From IMG/VR virus record IMGVR_UViG_2609459800_000001: a DNA stretch of 64,000 bases. One strand, written 5' to 3'. Each line of letters begins with the position of its first letter. The first letter of the stretch is position 1. This document shows, in pieces, positions 29,838-40,095 of this stretch. The DNA comes from a virus. Taxonomy: Duplodnaviria; Heunggongvirae; Uroviricota; Caudoviricetes. The position numbers and the translations under genes were made by a program. Under the pieces are notes generated by a model, which saw nothing but the letters and a program-made list of their open reading frames with translations, was not told the DNA's origin and ran no database searches.

Positions 29838-30026
29838 CTTAAGGGTTATTGAATATGATCAATTTACCTGTAAATCCATACAGTTCAATACCTTATCAGG
29901 TCAAATAGTGATCACTTGATCATTTGATCAAGGTTGCGCTACGTAAAATCTGCGAAATGTTGGCAGTGTTAGTGCTCCAGATTTCGCGTAGCGCACTTAG
30001 CACCACCAATCAATCAGAGGTGAAAA

Positions 30027-30248
30027 ATGGGATATTCAGCTGCTAAAGTGTCCACTCATCTTGAGTTTGAGAAAAACCGTGGTTACTGGCGGGCAAAAGG
30101 GTTTGATCGTGATAGTTGCCAACTGTCATTATCGCGCGGTGAAGAGAAAATAGAACGCACGCGCGGTCGCTGGCGTTTCTATGACGAGAACCATAAACAG
30201 GTAAAGGCAGAGCCGATCCTGTACACTTTACTTAAAACCATTATCTGA
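30027..30248 (+). CDS. Possible small ORF between loxP and cre
   Basis: 73-aa ORF with RBS GAGGTG. I do not recall an annotated P1 gene here, so it may be non-coding (the cre promoter region). Confidence 0.3.
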   Translation: MGYSAAKVSTHLEFEKNRGYWRAKGFDRDSCQLSLSRGEEKIERTRGRWRFYDENHKQVKAEPILYTLLKTII

Positions 30249-30255
30249 GTGTTAA

Positions 30256-31287
30256 ATGTCTAATTTACTGACCGTACACCAAAATTTGCCTGCATTACCG
30301 GTCGATGCAACGAGTGATGAGGTTCGCAAGAACCTGATGGACATGTTCAGGGATCGCCAGGCGTTTTCTGAGCATACCTGGAAAATGCTTCTGTCCGTTT
30401 GCCGGTCGTGGGCGGCATGGTGCAAGTTGAATAACCGGAAGTGGTTTCCCGCAGAACCTGAAGATGTTCGCGATTATCTTCTATATCTTCAGGCGCGCGG
30501 TCTGGCAGTGAAAACTATCCAGCAACATTTGGGCCAGCTAAATATGCTTCATCGTCGGTCCGGGCTGCCACGACCAAGTGACAGCAATGCTGTTTCACTG
30601 GTCATGCGACGGATCCGAAAAGAAAACGTTGATGCCGGTGAGCGTGCAAAACAGGCGCTGGCGTTCGAACGCACTGATTTCGACCAGGTTCGTTCACTCA
30701 TGGAAAATAGCGATCGCTGCCAGGATATACGTAATCTGGCATTTCTGGGGATTGCTTATAACACCCTGTTACGTATAGCCGAAATTTCTAGGATCAGAGT
30801 TAAAGATATCTCACGTACTGACGGTGGGAGAATGTTAATCCATATTGGCAGAACGAAAACGCTGGTTAGCACCGCTGGTGTAGAGAAGGCACTTAGTCTG
30901 GGGGTAACTAAACTGGTTGAGCGATGGATTTCTGTCTCTGGTGTGGCTGATGATCCGAATAACTTCTTGTTTTGCCGTGTCAGAAAAAATGGTGTTGCCG
31001 CGCCATCTGCCACCAGCCAGCTATCAACTCGCGCCCTGGAAGGGATTTTTGAAGCAACTCACCGATTGATTTACGGGGCTAAGGATGACTCTGGCCAGAG
31101 GTACCTGGCCTGGTCTGGACACAGTGCCCGTGTCGGAGCCGCGCGAGATATGGCCCGTGCCGGAGTTTCAATACCGGAGATCATGCAAGCTGGTGGCTGG
31201 ACCAACGTAAATATTGTCATGAACTATATCCGTAACCTGGATAGTGAAACAGGGGCAATGGTGCGCCTGCTGGAAGATGGCGATTAG
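30256..31287 (+). CDS. cre: Cre tyrosine recombinase
   Basis: 343 aa. MSNLLTVHQNLPALPVDATSDEVRKNLMDMFRDRQAFSEHTWK... is essentially P1 Cre, with a few substitutions such as AEISRIR and NNFLF. Confidence 0.99.
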   Translation: MSNLLTVHQNLPALPVDATSDEVRKNLMDMFRDRQAFSEHTWKMLLSVCRSWAAWCKLNNRKWFPAEPEDVRDYLLYLQARGLAVKTIQQHLGQLNMLHRRSGLPRPSDSNAVSLVMRRIRKENVDAGERAKQALAFERTDFDQVRSLMENSDRCQDIRNLAFLGIAYNTLLRIAEISRIRVKDISRTDGGRMLIHIGRTKTLVSTAGVEKALSLGVTKLVERWISVSGVADDPNNFLFCRVRKNGVAAPSATSQLSTRALEGIFEATHRLIYGAKDDSGQRYLAWSGHSARVGAARDMARAGVSIPEIMQAGGWTNVNIVMNYIRNLDSETGAMVRLLEDGD

Positions 31288-31304
31288 CCATTAACGCGTA
31301 AATG

Positions 31305-31321
31305 ATTGCTCTAATTCTTTG
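31305..31321 (+). promoter_or_regulatory. C1 operator
   Basis: ATTGCTCTAATTCTTTG has an exact core. Confidence 0.8.
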
Positions 31322-31337
31322 ATATTTATGGTGACAT

Positions 31338-31649
31338 ATGAGAAAGGATTTCAACATCGACGGAAAATATGTAGTGCTGTCTGTGAGCACTAATATTCAG
31401 TCGCCAGCCGTCATTGTCACTGTAAAGCTGAGCGATAGAATGCCTGATATTGACTCAATATCCGTTGCGTTCCCTGTCAGAAGTATGCGTAGTGCTGAAC
31501 ATTTCGTGATGAATGCCACCGAGGAAGAAGCACGGCGCGGTTTTGCTAAAGTAGTGTCTGACTTTGGCGAACTCTTGGATAAGGTTAACAATGTCCTTTC
31601 AATCAGTTCAGCAAGGTCCAAAGCGTTAACAGCTTCCATGATGAAATAA
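31338..31649 (+). CDS. cra: Cre-associated small protein
   Basis: 103-aa ORF directly downstream of cre and its operator. The name is by position. Confidence 0.45.
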   Translation: MRKDFNIDGKYVVLSVSTNIQSPAVIVTVKLSDRMPDIDSISVAFPVRSMRSAEHFVMNATEEEARRGFAKVVSDFGELLDKVNNVLSISSARSKALTASMMK

Positions 31650-31776
31650 AAAAAGCCTGGCAAGGAGCCAGGCTGCACTAAAGACCGGGTTTGTGTTCCG
31701 CATCCAATCAATCAGAAAGGAGTATAGCACATAGATACTAAAGTGAAAAAATGTGACTGAAGATAAACAATATAAC

Positions 31777-31793
31777 ATTGCTCTAATTGATTG
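31777..31793 (+). promoter_or_regulatory. C1 operator overlapping the TTATAAT -10 (former ref promoter)
   Basis: ATTGCTCTAATTGATTG is followed by TTATAAT. Confidence 0.8.
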
Positions 31794-31997
31794 TTATAAT
31801 TGAGCCGTGGCGTTAGTCAACTACGAAGACGTGGCCATTACCTACTTAACCAGTTCCGCCAGGGCAGCAGAGTAGGTTTCATCTCGGATGTACCATGCCT
31901 GCATGTTTTCCAGAGAAGCCCGCGAGGTTCCCGGACAGGACTCTGCCATTGCGATAGATTAAATGCAATAACCTAAAAGCGATAACGTGGTGGAAAA

Positions 31998-32635
31998 ATG
32001 TTCATCAGAGCTTATTTAAGGGCATCAACGGAAGATCAGTTTGCCGATCGGGCAAAAGAGATGCTGGGGCAGTTTGTTCAGGAGCGGGGACATAAAATAG
32101 CCAGTTACTACCGGGAGAACATAAGCGGTACAAAACTCGACCGCCCGGAACTGGGACGCTTACTGATGGACAGCCACCGCAATGATATTTTACTGGTCGA
32201 GCAAATTGACCGCCTGACCCGTCTGAGTAACAGTGACTGGATTACGCTGAAAAAGCAGATAGAACAACACGAACTGCGGATTGTCGCCTGGATGTATCCA
32301 CCTCATGGCAGGCGCTGTCAGATAAAGACCCTTCGCAGGCTGACCCAATCACCCGCGCCGTGATAACCGCCATCAATAACATGCTTATCGACCTGATGGC
32401 CGCGATGTCGCATAAGGACTGGCTGAGCCGTCGCCAACGGCAACAACAGGGAATTGAACGGGCTCATACGCTGGGTAAATACCGGGGATAACAGGCCGAT
32501 CAGGAACGGCATCAGAAAGTCCTGTACTACCGGCAGGTCAAGAAACTAAGTATCCATGAAACGGTAGATGCGACAGGGTACAGTCCTTCACAGATATGCC
32601 GCATTCAAGAGAGCCTGAATCGGAATAAAAAGTAG
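31998..32635 (+). pseudogene. Serine recombinase/resolvase (tnpR-like), disrupted
   Basis: The N-terminus MFIRAYLRASTEDQ... has the catalytic Ser motif. There is a -1 frameshift near 32288 (GTCGCC|CTGGAT) and an in-frame TAA at 32489..32491. The C-terminal HTH can be read through to 32635. Confidence 0.75.
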
Positions 32636-32734
32636 CCCTGGCGTTAATGGATTACCTTTCCAGGCTAAGCTCATTGCTCCTGTCAGATACGCAGCCCTGC
32701 CTGTAATAATACAGACTGGGCAATGTGTTGCCAC

Positions 32735-33148
32735 TCAGGCTGACAACTGTCGGAGGATATCCGCTGTATTATAATGAGCCCGTTTTTCTATATATTTCCC
32801 GTCCTTCAGAGTGATCATAAATATCAGAGAAAAGCGCACTTTCCTGCCGCTGGCAGGATGCCCAAGGAATTCACGGGTCTGCACGCCTTCAAAGATAAGA
32901 TAGCAGGCGACTTTATCGTCTCTGGCAAAGATTTCGTGGATACGCATTGTAAATCCCGGAAAAGCATCCATATGGCCTTTTTCCTGTACGATAAACTGCT
33001 CACTGTTCAGCGGTGTATCCACCTGAGAATAGAATTTAAAATCCGGATGGCAGAGGTTTTTCACCTCATCATATTTATTTTCTTCAATCAGACGATAAAA
33101 CTTTTTAACCGTTTTGATATTTTCTTCAACAGACATATTGCACCTCAT
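32735..33148 (-). CDS. SnoaL-like / ester cyclase family protein
   Basis: 137 aa with the NTF2-like pattern (...KKFYRLIEENKYDEV...DFKFY...HMDAFPGF...). Confidence 0.55.
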   Translation of the reverse strand: MRCNMSVEENIKTVKKFYRLIEENKYDEVKNLCHPDFKFYSQVDTPLNSEQFIVQEKGHMDAFPGFTMRIHEIFARDDKVACYLIFEGVQTREFLGHPASGRKVRFSLIFMITLKDGKYIEKRAHYNTADILRQLSA

Positions 33149-34134
33149 TTTTCAGTTTCTTTACCTGCCGGAATATTGCCTGCCGGCGTTCCGTTAAATG
33201 TTTTTCGCCATTCACTGGGACTGACTCCCATCCGCTGCCGGAATATCTGCCGGAAAGTAATGGTGGACTGAAAGCCTGCCAGTTCGGCAACCCGCTCCAC
33301 TGCAATATCTGTACTTTCCAGCAGTTCCTGACTCCGCCGGAGACGCTCTGTGGTGATCCACTCCCAGACCGTCATTCCTGTGGCCGAATGAAAATGGCGT
33401 GTAAGCGTTCTTCGGCTCATGGAGGCTAAATGGGCCAGAGTGTCAATATCATGTGGTAATCCCAGATTTGCGGACAGGTATTCCAGCAGCTGGTTTATGC
33501 GGTTATCGGACGTACTTTTGGGAATAAGCAGTTGCCGGTACTGTGCCTGTCCGCCTTCCCGGTAAGGAGGAGCAACCATCCGGCGGGCTATTTGATTAGC
33601 CGTATATCTGCCCAGGCGTTGCCGGATCACATGGAGACAACAGTCCAGTGCTGCGGCTGTACCGGCTGAGGTGATAATCCGCTCGTCCTCAACATAAAGC
33701 ACGTTCACGTCCAGATGAACCGCCGGGAAAAGCATCTGGAAATCCCGTTCAGCCTCCCAGTGCGTGGCCGCCCGTTTACCATCCAGCAGACCGGTGTAAG
33801 CCAGAACAAAACTCCCCAGGCACAGGCCCACCACCTGAGCTCCATTTTTCCAGGCTGCAACCAGGGCACTGAGCAGAGTTTCAGAAGGCCTTTCATGGAT
33901 GTGTTTCCAGAAAGGAATAATAACGATATCGGCCTCTGCCAGTGCATCAAGCCCGTATTCTGCCCTCATCGCCGTACCTTCAGCAGACCAGATAAGCCCG
34001 GGCTCTTCCGCACATACCCGGCGGCTGAAGAGAGCCTTCCCTTCCAGTATCTCCCCGAACAGGATTAGTGGAACGGAGACATGAAATGTACTGAACCCTT
34101 CGGTGATCACTATAGCGACAGTGATGGTGGACAT
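33145..34134 (-). CDS. GlxA-family transcriptional regulator (DJ-1/PfpI domain + AraC HTH)
   Basis: 329 aa. The N-terminal DJ-1-like domain has GLCLGSFVLA and the C-terminus has an AraC-type double HTH. Confidence 0.75.
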   Translation of the reverse strand: MSTITVAIVITEGFSTFHVSVPLILFGEILEGKALFSRRVCAEEPGLIWSAEGTAMRAEYGLDALAEADIVIIPFWKHIHERPSETLLSALVAAWKNGAQVVGLCLGSFVLAYTGLLDGKRAATHWEAERDFQMLFPAVHLDVNVLYVEDERIITSAGTAAALDCCLHVIRQRLGRYTANQIARRMVAPPYREGGQAQYRQLLIPKSTSDNRINQLLEYLSANLGLPHDIDTLAHLASMSRRTLTRHFHSATGMTVWEWITTERLRRSQELLESTDIAVERVAELAGFQSTITFRQIFRQRMGVSPSEWRKTFNGTPAGNIPAGKETEK

Positions 34135-34149
34135 GCCATGGCCTCCGGG

Positions 34150-34926
34150 TTAAATCGTAACTGATTCACCATCAGCAGGAACGGCAACTGACGCCTGGAT
34201 CTGGTTATCGCGGGCATATTCCAGCAGTTCCTGACGGGTCAGCAGACAGTGGTTTACGGCCTCCATGTGCGTTGCCACAATCAGTGCCTCTGGTACGATA
34301 CGATGGGCTTTCAGGACATCTTCCCTGCCGAAAATAATGGGGCCGAATCCGAGAACATGCGCCCAGCCCGTATTCATAATAACGACGCCAGGATTGAACC
34401 GACGTAAATTATCCTCTACAGCCTTGATCCAGATGGTATCCCCGACCAGATAGAGCGTTTTTTCGGACGGATGCTGGAAGACCACCCCACAGGCATCCCC
34501 AAGGATTGCTGCGAGTTGCGGGTTAGCATAGGCTTCGTCCGAACCATGCTGACAAACGGTTTTAATAAGTGAAATTTCGCCAAATGTGCTTTTGTCAGAC
34601 AGAATAACAAGGTTGCTGAAGCCCTGGGAACGCAGGATCTTTTCATCATGTTCATTCTGAACATAAATCAGTTTATCTTTCGGGATGTGCGCAACAGCCG
34701 CTTCATCCCAGTGGTCAGGGTGTGTGTGGGTGACAATAATGGCATCCACATCCAGCAGTACATCAAGGTCAAAAGGCAGCTCAGTCATCGGGATGCGGAT
34801 ATCTGACCGGGCCGTTCCTTCGAATCCCGGATAGGCTTCTTTTTTCGCAAGCATCGGATCGACAAGAAATTTTTTACCAGCGTAAGAAATGAGTTGTGTG
34901 GCGTTACGTACCTGGATGATCTTCAT
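34150..34926 (-). CDS. MBL-fold metallo-hydrolase
   Basis: 258 aa with the HxHxDH motif (VTHTHPDHW). Confidence 0.75.
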   Translation of the reverse strand: MKIIQVRNATQLISYAGKKFLVDPMLAKKEAYPGFEGTARSDIRIPMTELPFDLDVLLDVDAIIVTHTHPDHWDEAAVAHIPKDKLIYVQNEHDEKILRSQGFSNLVILSDKSTFGEISLIKTVCQHGSDEAYANPQLAAILGDACGVVFQHPSEKTLYLVGDTIWIKAVEDNLRRFNPGVVIMNTGWAHVLGFGPIIFGREDVLKAHRIVPEALIVATHMEAVNHCLLTRQELLEYARDNQIQASVAVPADGESVTI

Positions 34927-35168
34927 TTTAGCAAGTCCTGTATTGGTTAATAACCATCAGAGCCATATCATGATGGCCTAATGTGATAATTATGATTAAA
35001 TCAGGCCTGCCTGCCACTGAAATAATGCCATATTTGGATGATATCAGGCCATTCTTCTGGCTCTCAGGTTTCAGGAATATGTCTGCTGAAAGCGGGTACA
35101 GATCTGACGCATTGAAGGGAAGTATCGTCCTTTAAGGCTTATTGATGTCAGCCAGTACAAAAAATCAT

Positions 35169-35206
35169 CTTAACGTACAATATCTTCCGTTTCCCAAACG
35201 GAGCCC
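35169..35206. repeat. Tn3-family 38-bp terminal inverted repeat
   Basis: The reverse complement is GGGCTCCGTTTGGGAAACGGAAGATATTGTACGTTAAG (GGG...ACGTTAAG). It matches the inner IRs of the 235-bp elements at ~33/38 positions. Confidence 0.8.
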
Positions 35207-35531
35207 ACCAACGACGGAGGAACGGCGCGTCGCCAATGCTCTTGGCGCTCTCCCCTGCATTGCCTGCTATATGCATGGAGTAATATCTAATGAGGTGTCT
35301 CTGCACCATATCGCCGGTCGTACCGCGCCGGGTTGTCATAAAAAGCAATTGCCACTTTGTAGATGGCACCACCAGCATGCAGCTCCGGCGGAAGTAAGAG
35401 AAAAATACCCATGGCTGGTCCCTGTTCATGCCGATGGTGTGGTTGGAGGCAAGAAAGAATTCACCTTGCTGAACAAGTCAGAGATGGAGTTACTGGCTGA
35501 CGCCTATGAGATGGCAAATATCATGCACTAA
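35207..35531 (+). pseudogene. ref: ref (HNH recombination enhancement endonuclease), 5'-truncated by the Tn3-type element
   Basis: HNH-like CIAC...HHIAGRTAPGCH...CRWHH. The first ~20 codons of the ORF are read out of the transposon IR, and the native promoter/operator is left at 31777. Confidence 0.65.
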
Positions 35532-35538
35532 TAAATAT
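35522..35538 (+). promoter_or_regulatory. Possible degenerate C1 operator
   Basis: CATGCACTAATAAATAT has 4 mismatches. Confidence 0.4.
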
Positions 35539-35568
35539 ATTATTTTTAATGATAAATGATTGACAACT

Positions 35569-35590
35569 GACAAGTGACTTCAGTCAGAAT
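35569..35590 (+). promoter_or_regulatory. Candidate late promoter of mat (GACAAGTGACT-N5-CAGAAT)
   Basis: Shared late-motif architecture upstream of mat. Confidence 0.5.
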
Positions 35591-35719
35591 CATCACACGC
35601 CCGGTACGGATGGATCCCTTTTCAAATATTCCATGGACGGCACAGTCTGAGTACCGGGCGCTACCTTCAGTTGTATTGCTAAGCCGCCGCTGGTGGCTTT
35701 TCTTTTTTGTAGGGGCGCT

Positions 35720-36361
35720 ATGGATAAGAAAATATGCGTTGTTTCAATGAGCGTCGGCAAACCGGCGTCAATGACTGCTGCATGGATCAACAATGAGCTG
35801 ATAATGGCTGAGCGGACCAGCTACCCTGAACGCCGCCGCGATATGGAACTCCAGCTGCTGCGCGAATTGCGAGAAAAAGAGGAAAAGGGTTTTATCGTGC
35901 TGGTGGAAGAGGAAAACAGCTTTATTACCGGTCAAGTTGGCCAGCGTGTAAGGTTGCGTGATCCCTTCATGAACGGCAGACCGGTACTGATTGAAGCAAT
36001 GCAGATTTACAAGGAATTGGAACGCCAGAAAGCGATCAAGTTACCGCGCAAGGAATCCGGCAAATACATCCTTCACCAAAGCATCTTCGATTCCGAACAC
36101 GATAAAAAAGGCGATGAATTTTTCAACATCAACTGGAGCGAAATAACGACAGAGCATGTTCTGACGTTACTATGTTGCTTTGCGACGGAATACAACAACG
36201 TTGCCAGCGCCGACTACATCAGGGCAATGGCTGGAGAAGTTGAAGCCCGCCAGGAACCATCGTTACTAAGTCCACTTATTAACATAATTCTGGGTACCCA
36301 GACACTGGAACAAAAAAAAGTGCCGAAAGGGGTATTAACAGGCAAGCATAATTATTTCTAA
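35720..36361 (+). CDS. mat: Particle maturation protein
   Basis: ORF following ref as in P1. The start is chosen at ATG 35720 within track ORF 35693..36361. Confidence 0.6.
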   Translation: MDKKICVVSMSVGKPASMTAAWINNELIMAERTSYPERRRDMELQLLRELREKEEKGFIVLVEEENSFITGQVGQRVRLRDPFMNGRPVLIEAMQIYKELERQKAIKLPRKESGKYILHQSIFDSEHDKKGDEFFNINWSEITTEHVLTLLCCFATEYNNVASADYIRAMAGEVEARQEPSLLSPLINIILGTQTLEQKKVPKGVLTGKHNYF

Positions 36362-36559
36362 TAATTTATAGTGGGGACTTTTGATGGTGTAAAACCCCAT
36401 GAATTATTATTTTTTAGTTTTTTGATTCTATTTTTTTTGCATTACCCGTCATAAAAATGAGCTTGCTTACATAATAGAAAATTATTTTATCAACACTATT
36501 ACAACAAACGATTATCACTGATAACATGAGTCCTTTGAAAACAAAGGACTCACCATACT

Positions 36560-37168
36560 ATGTCTAATACCTCGGCAAATGAAATTGTACCGCACTTACC
36601 GCTAATTTTCGAAAATGAAGCTAATGGGATTCTTCAGGATCTGGCCTATACTCCATCGCTTATGGGGTTGATGATGTTCCCGACAGAAGAGGAGCTGAAA
36701 GCAGCGAGAAGCTACATAATTAACGTTTTTGAAGAGTGTTACCGAGCCGGTCATTTGCGCATTATGGGCTTTACTAATGAAGAAAACTTGTTCGGATACG
36801 CCTTAATCTTCGGACATCCATCGGGAAATTTTCCGTTGTACTGTCATAAAATATATGTATATGAGCAATATCGTGGTAATGGACTTGGAAGTAATATACT
36901 GGCAGAAATACTTGCATTTCCAAATGAGGTCGCTTTGATTTGCCAGTCTGATTTGGTTCCTTTTTATGAATCAGCCGGAATGCACTTTAAAGGAAATTAC
37001 ACCACTCCATCAGTCGCCAATTTCAAAAAAACTCGCGGCATGTATGAGGGGCTTTGTTTGATGAGCACTGAAAAAAATGCAAACTCTAATGGTGTACCTA
37101 TATTCATGCTGAACGATAACGATATTGATAACATCATACAGGCTATCGCATCATCGGCACCACGATAA
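36560..37168 (+). CDS. GNAT-family N-acetyltransferase
   Basis: 202 aa with acetyl-CoA motif A YRGNGLGSNIL. It is preceded by a ~200-bp very AT-rich spacer and a 9-bp-stem hairpin (36527..36551). Confidence 0.7.
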   Translation: MSNTSANEIVPHLPLIFENEANGILQDLAYTPSLMGLMMFPTEEELKAARSYIINVFEECYRAGHLRIMGFTNEENLFGYALIFGHPSGNFPLYCHKIYVYEQYRGNGLGSNILAEILAFPNEVALICQSDLVPFYESAGMHFKGNYTTPSVANFKKTRGMYEGLCLMSTEKNANSNGVPIFMLNDNDIDNIIQAIASSAPR

Positions 37169-37250
37169 TATTAATAATTCATCTCGCCGCAGGAACTACA
37201 AACCAGTTGATTGTTTGTGAAACGCCCGGTGCAAACCGGGCCAACAAAAC

Positions 37251-37499
37251 TCAATCAGCATTTAGTAGCAGAGCATTATCTATGATGATCTGCTCCCATT
37301 CTTCGAATGCCCGGTCGCGGACGCCCTGGGGAACGCTGTTTGTTTTGAAATCGACGACCGTCCGCCATTTTCCGTCAGGACGGTACATGCGCAGAGCTTT
37401 ACTTCCCCCTTCCCTGCGCACCTCAACGTTATGCTTGTCAGCAAACTCTTGTAATGCTCGTAGCGTCCCATGCTTTACTGTGTAGTATCGCTTTTTCAA
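37251..37499 (-). CDS. lxc: C1 co-repressor Lxc
   Basis: 82 aa. MKKRYYTVKHGTLRALQEFADKHNVEV... The size and position match P1 Lxc. Confidence 0.8.
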   Translation of the reverse strand: MKKRYYTVKHGTLRALQEFADKHNVEVRREGGSKALRMYRPDGKWRTVVDFKTNSVPQGVRDRAFEEWEQIIIDNALLLNAD

Positions 37500-37936
37500 G
37501 TTTTATCTCCAGCCTGTGCTAAGGCTTCAACTTCCAAATCGTAAGACTCAAACTCATAGTCCTGGTCGTCAACTTCTTCAGGCACTGGCAGTAAATGCCA
37601 GGCTGAGTATATCTGACCATTATCAAAACGCTCCTGGCTGTAGAGCGTCGCGGCTATGAGTGTTAGCGCCGGGCGGTCATAACGGTAAATTTTGCGAACG
37701 TCACGGTCAACGAGACGACCGAAATTACCATAACCGCGCTCCAGTAATAATTTTTTAATTTCCGGCCAGTATGGACCATAGCTGCGGTACAGGCGGGGAT
37801 TTTTCAGTAATCGCCCGCGTAGCCCTGACAGGAAGAAATCAACGTATTCGTCTTCTGTTTTTCCTAACAACGCTGTACGGAGTACCGCCTCAAGATATGT
37901 TTTATTCGGTTTTATTGTATCAGATAGTGTGACCAT
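37496..37936 (-). CDS. ulx: Ulx (needed for DarB packaging in P1)
   Basis: 146-aa ORF immediately upstream of lxc and downstream of darB, the position of P1 ulx. Confidence 0.6.
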   Translation of the reverse strand: MVTLSDTIKPNKTYLEAVLRTALLGKTEDEYVDFFLSGLRGRLLKNPRLYRSYGPYWPEIKKLLLERGYGNFGRLVDRDVRKIYRYDRPALTLIAATLYSQERFDNGQIYSAWHLLPVPEEVDDQDYEFESYDLEVEALAQAGDKT

Positions 37937-37969
37937 ATTATGCGACGCCCGGCGAACCGGGCGCTCCTG

Positions 37970-40095
37970 TTATGCGTATTGTTGGATGACGGCCAGAACG
38001 TCCGACACGTTGTGTTTTGTCTCGATAATCCACCAGTTGCCCGGGAAATCGCTGTTCTTCGCCTTCGCTGGCACCCAGCGAGCGCCGAATTTTTCCTTGA
38101 TTGCGTCTTTAGCACGGAAAAGAACGCCTTTCATGCCGGACGCCTCCTGAAGCCCAAATACCTCGCCAGCGGCGAATTTTGGTGCGTACATCATCTTCAG
38201 GTCGGCGGTGGATACGCGATAATTCAGACCAAGAGACTGAGCTATGCTGGTGGCATCACCCTGTATTGATGATAACTCTTCTTGTTTCTCGTTTCTGGCG
38301 GCAATTTCTTCCTCCGTGATGTTGCCAAGGGCCAGGTTTATCCGATCAGCGTCGGCCTGTTTCTCTTCATCGGTGCGCCCGGCAAGAACCGTGTTAATTC
38401 TCTGCAATATCTCCACATGATTCTTGCGCATGCTGAGCAATTCCGGCGTAACATCGTTAAGATCCACCAGCCCAAGGATGGCAAGGTCGGAAAACATTGA
38501 TACCAGGTTGTAGGTCATGCGATAGCTGAGTTGGCTATAGGCTGATGGCAACTGCACCGCATCCATTTGATAGGCATCCATAAATTTAGAGCCGTCGTTT
38601 ACGACATCCGCAATTGCCGGTGTGATTTTCCCTGTGGTGGCGGCCTCCCTGATTGCTGTTACCCACGATTGAGTCAGCGCGGCGACTGCATGATTCAGAT
38701 TGGCTTTCCGTTCTGCTGCAATGCGCGCGCTTGCTGCGTCCATTGCCTGCTTGATCTCGTCTTTATTGCTGTAAATGCCAATGGGACCAAACTGTGTTGT
38801 GGTGATCTCATAATCTGACGCCCGGAACTCATTGGTACCGAAAATGGCATTGGTGACCTCAAGTTCAGAATCCCCGTTACGAGTAGCCCCCTGACTTGTT
38901 TTCTCCGGCATTTTTGCGATCGCATCCGCTATTTTCTCCTGAATTGCTTCAGGGGATAGCGTATCTCCGTATGACGCGATTACATCGCTATAATTGGATC
39001 CAAACAGTTCAGTCAGGAATACTTCTGCCAAACGGACCTGGCGGTTATTCCCTTCCGACATCATACCAAGCACCCATTTAGCAATTGACGACTTCAGCGC
39101 GCCGTCACGGCGATCCGGGTAAACCGCATGCTTCAGTGGGTCCGTATAGGTACCAACAAAATCAATGCTATAGCCTGACTCTGTAGTCTGAACGCCGTAT
39201 GAGTCAGTGATTTTGATCATGCCGCGCTGCTGGAAACGGTAGAAATCGTCACAGGAAATGATGTCGTTAATCCCGGCGATGGAGACGCCACCACTGATTT
39301 TCTGCATAACAGCATCTTCATCGGGAGTTACATCCACCTGTTATCCAGCGTCTTCACATCCCAGTTACCCGATTTGGTGCCTTTGAAGGTAAAGATGATC
39401 TCCACGTCTGCGCGCTGGCTGTCGAAGTCCAGCGACTTAATGCGAACGATATCACCGGCACAATCGTAGTATTGGCCTACACGCCATGAGCGATCGCCGA
39501 TAACAAGGAACTCACTCGCATGGTTAACCAGGTCAGGATCAACATCCAGAATGCCTTTATTTATTGCATCCTCCACCAGTGGGCGCAGGCGTTTGATATC
39601 CGTCGCGGCCTTCTGAGTACGGTTCAATAATTTCTCATAGCGGGAGATGGCTTGAGAGATATTAGCCTTGCGCTGAATGGCGCTTTTCAACGACGCGCGA
39701 TACTGTGCTAACAACATACGGTCTGTGTGATGGACACTCCCCCAGCGGGCCTTCCAGTCTGCGTTATCAGCTGCTTTGGCCATTACCGCCTGTTTGAATT
39801 TAGCTACCTCGGCGGTGGTCTTTTCAAATTCCGCTTTGCTTCGCTCTAATTCAGCGGTAAGTACCTCCACATCCTCACCAGCTGCGTGCTGCGCCTTGAT
39901 GTAGTTCTGAAGGTCGATAGTAGCCTGTTCTTTCTGGCGAGCGCGTTGCGCGGCTTTCGCCTTATCCATTTGAACCTGCATCATTGCCAGACGTTCACCG
40001 TCATCCTTCGCGGTATACATCTGCATTTCGATCATATCATTGGCGTCGGCGTTCTCCATTTCTGACTTATCTGAACGGAGGATATCGGAGATCCT
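37970..40095 (-). pseudogene. darB: darB, 3' portion (two overlapping reading frames)
   Basis: ORFs 37970..39337 and 39328..40119 are co-linear and overlap by 10 nt. The upstream one runs into the TIME-like element, so its apparent start lies in transposon DNA. Confidence 0.6.

Larger units (their letters stand above)
31801..35206. mobile_element. One-ended Tn3-family transposon remnant with cargo (left border uncertain, between ~31.8 and 32.0 kb)
   Basis: A 38-bp Tn3-type terminal IR lies at 35169..35206 with a serine resolvase pseudogene at the other side. There is no transposase and no second IR. The ref gene resumes in frame right after the IR. Confidence 0.7.

Noticed and set aside
31801-31997. 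A possible tnpA start or fragment divergent from the resolvase. The minus strand reads [20 protein letters not shown], then stop.
   Set aside because: It is only 20 codons, unlike a Tn3-family transposase N-terminus, and no IR lies nearby. It is more likely res-site or junction DNA, and the left border of the remnant stays undefined.
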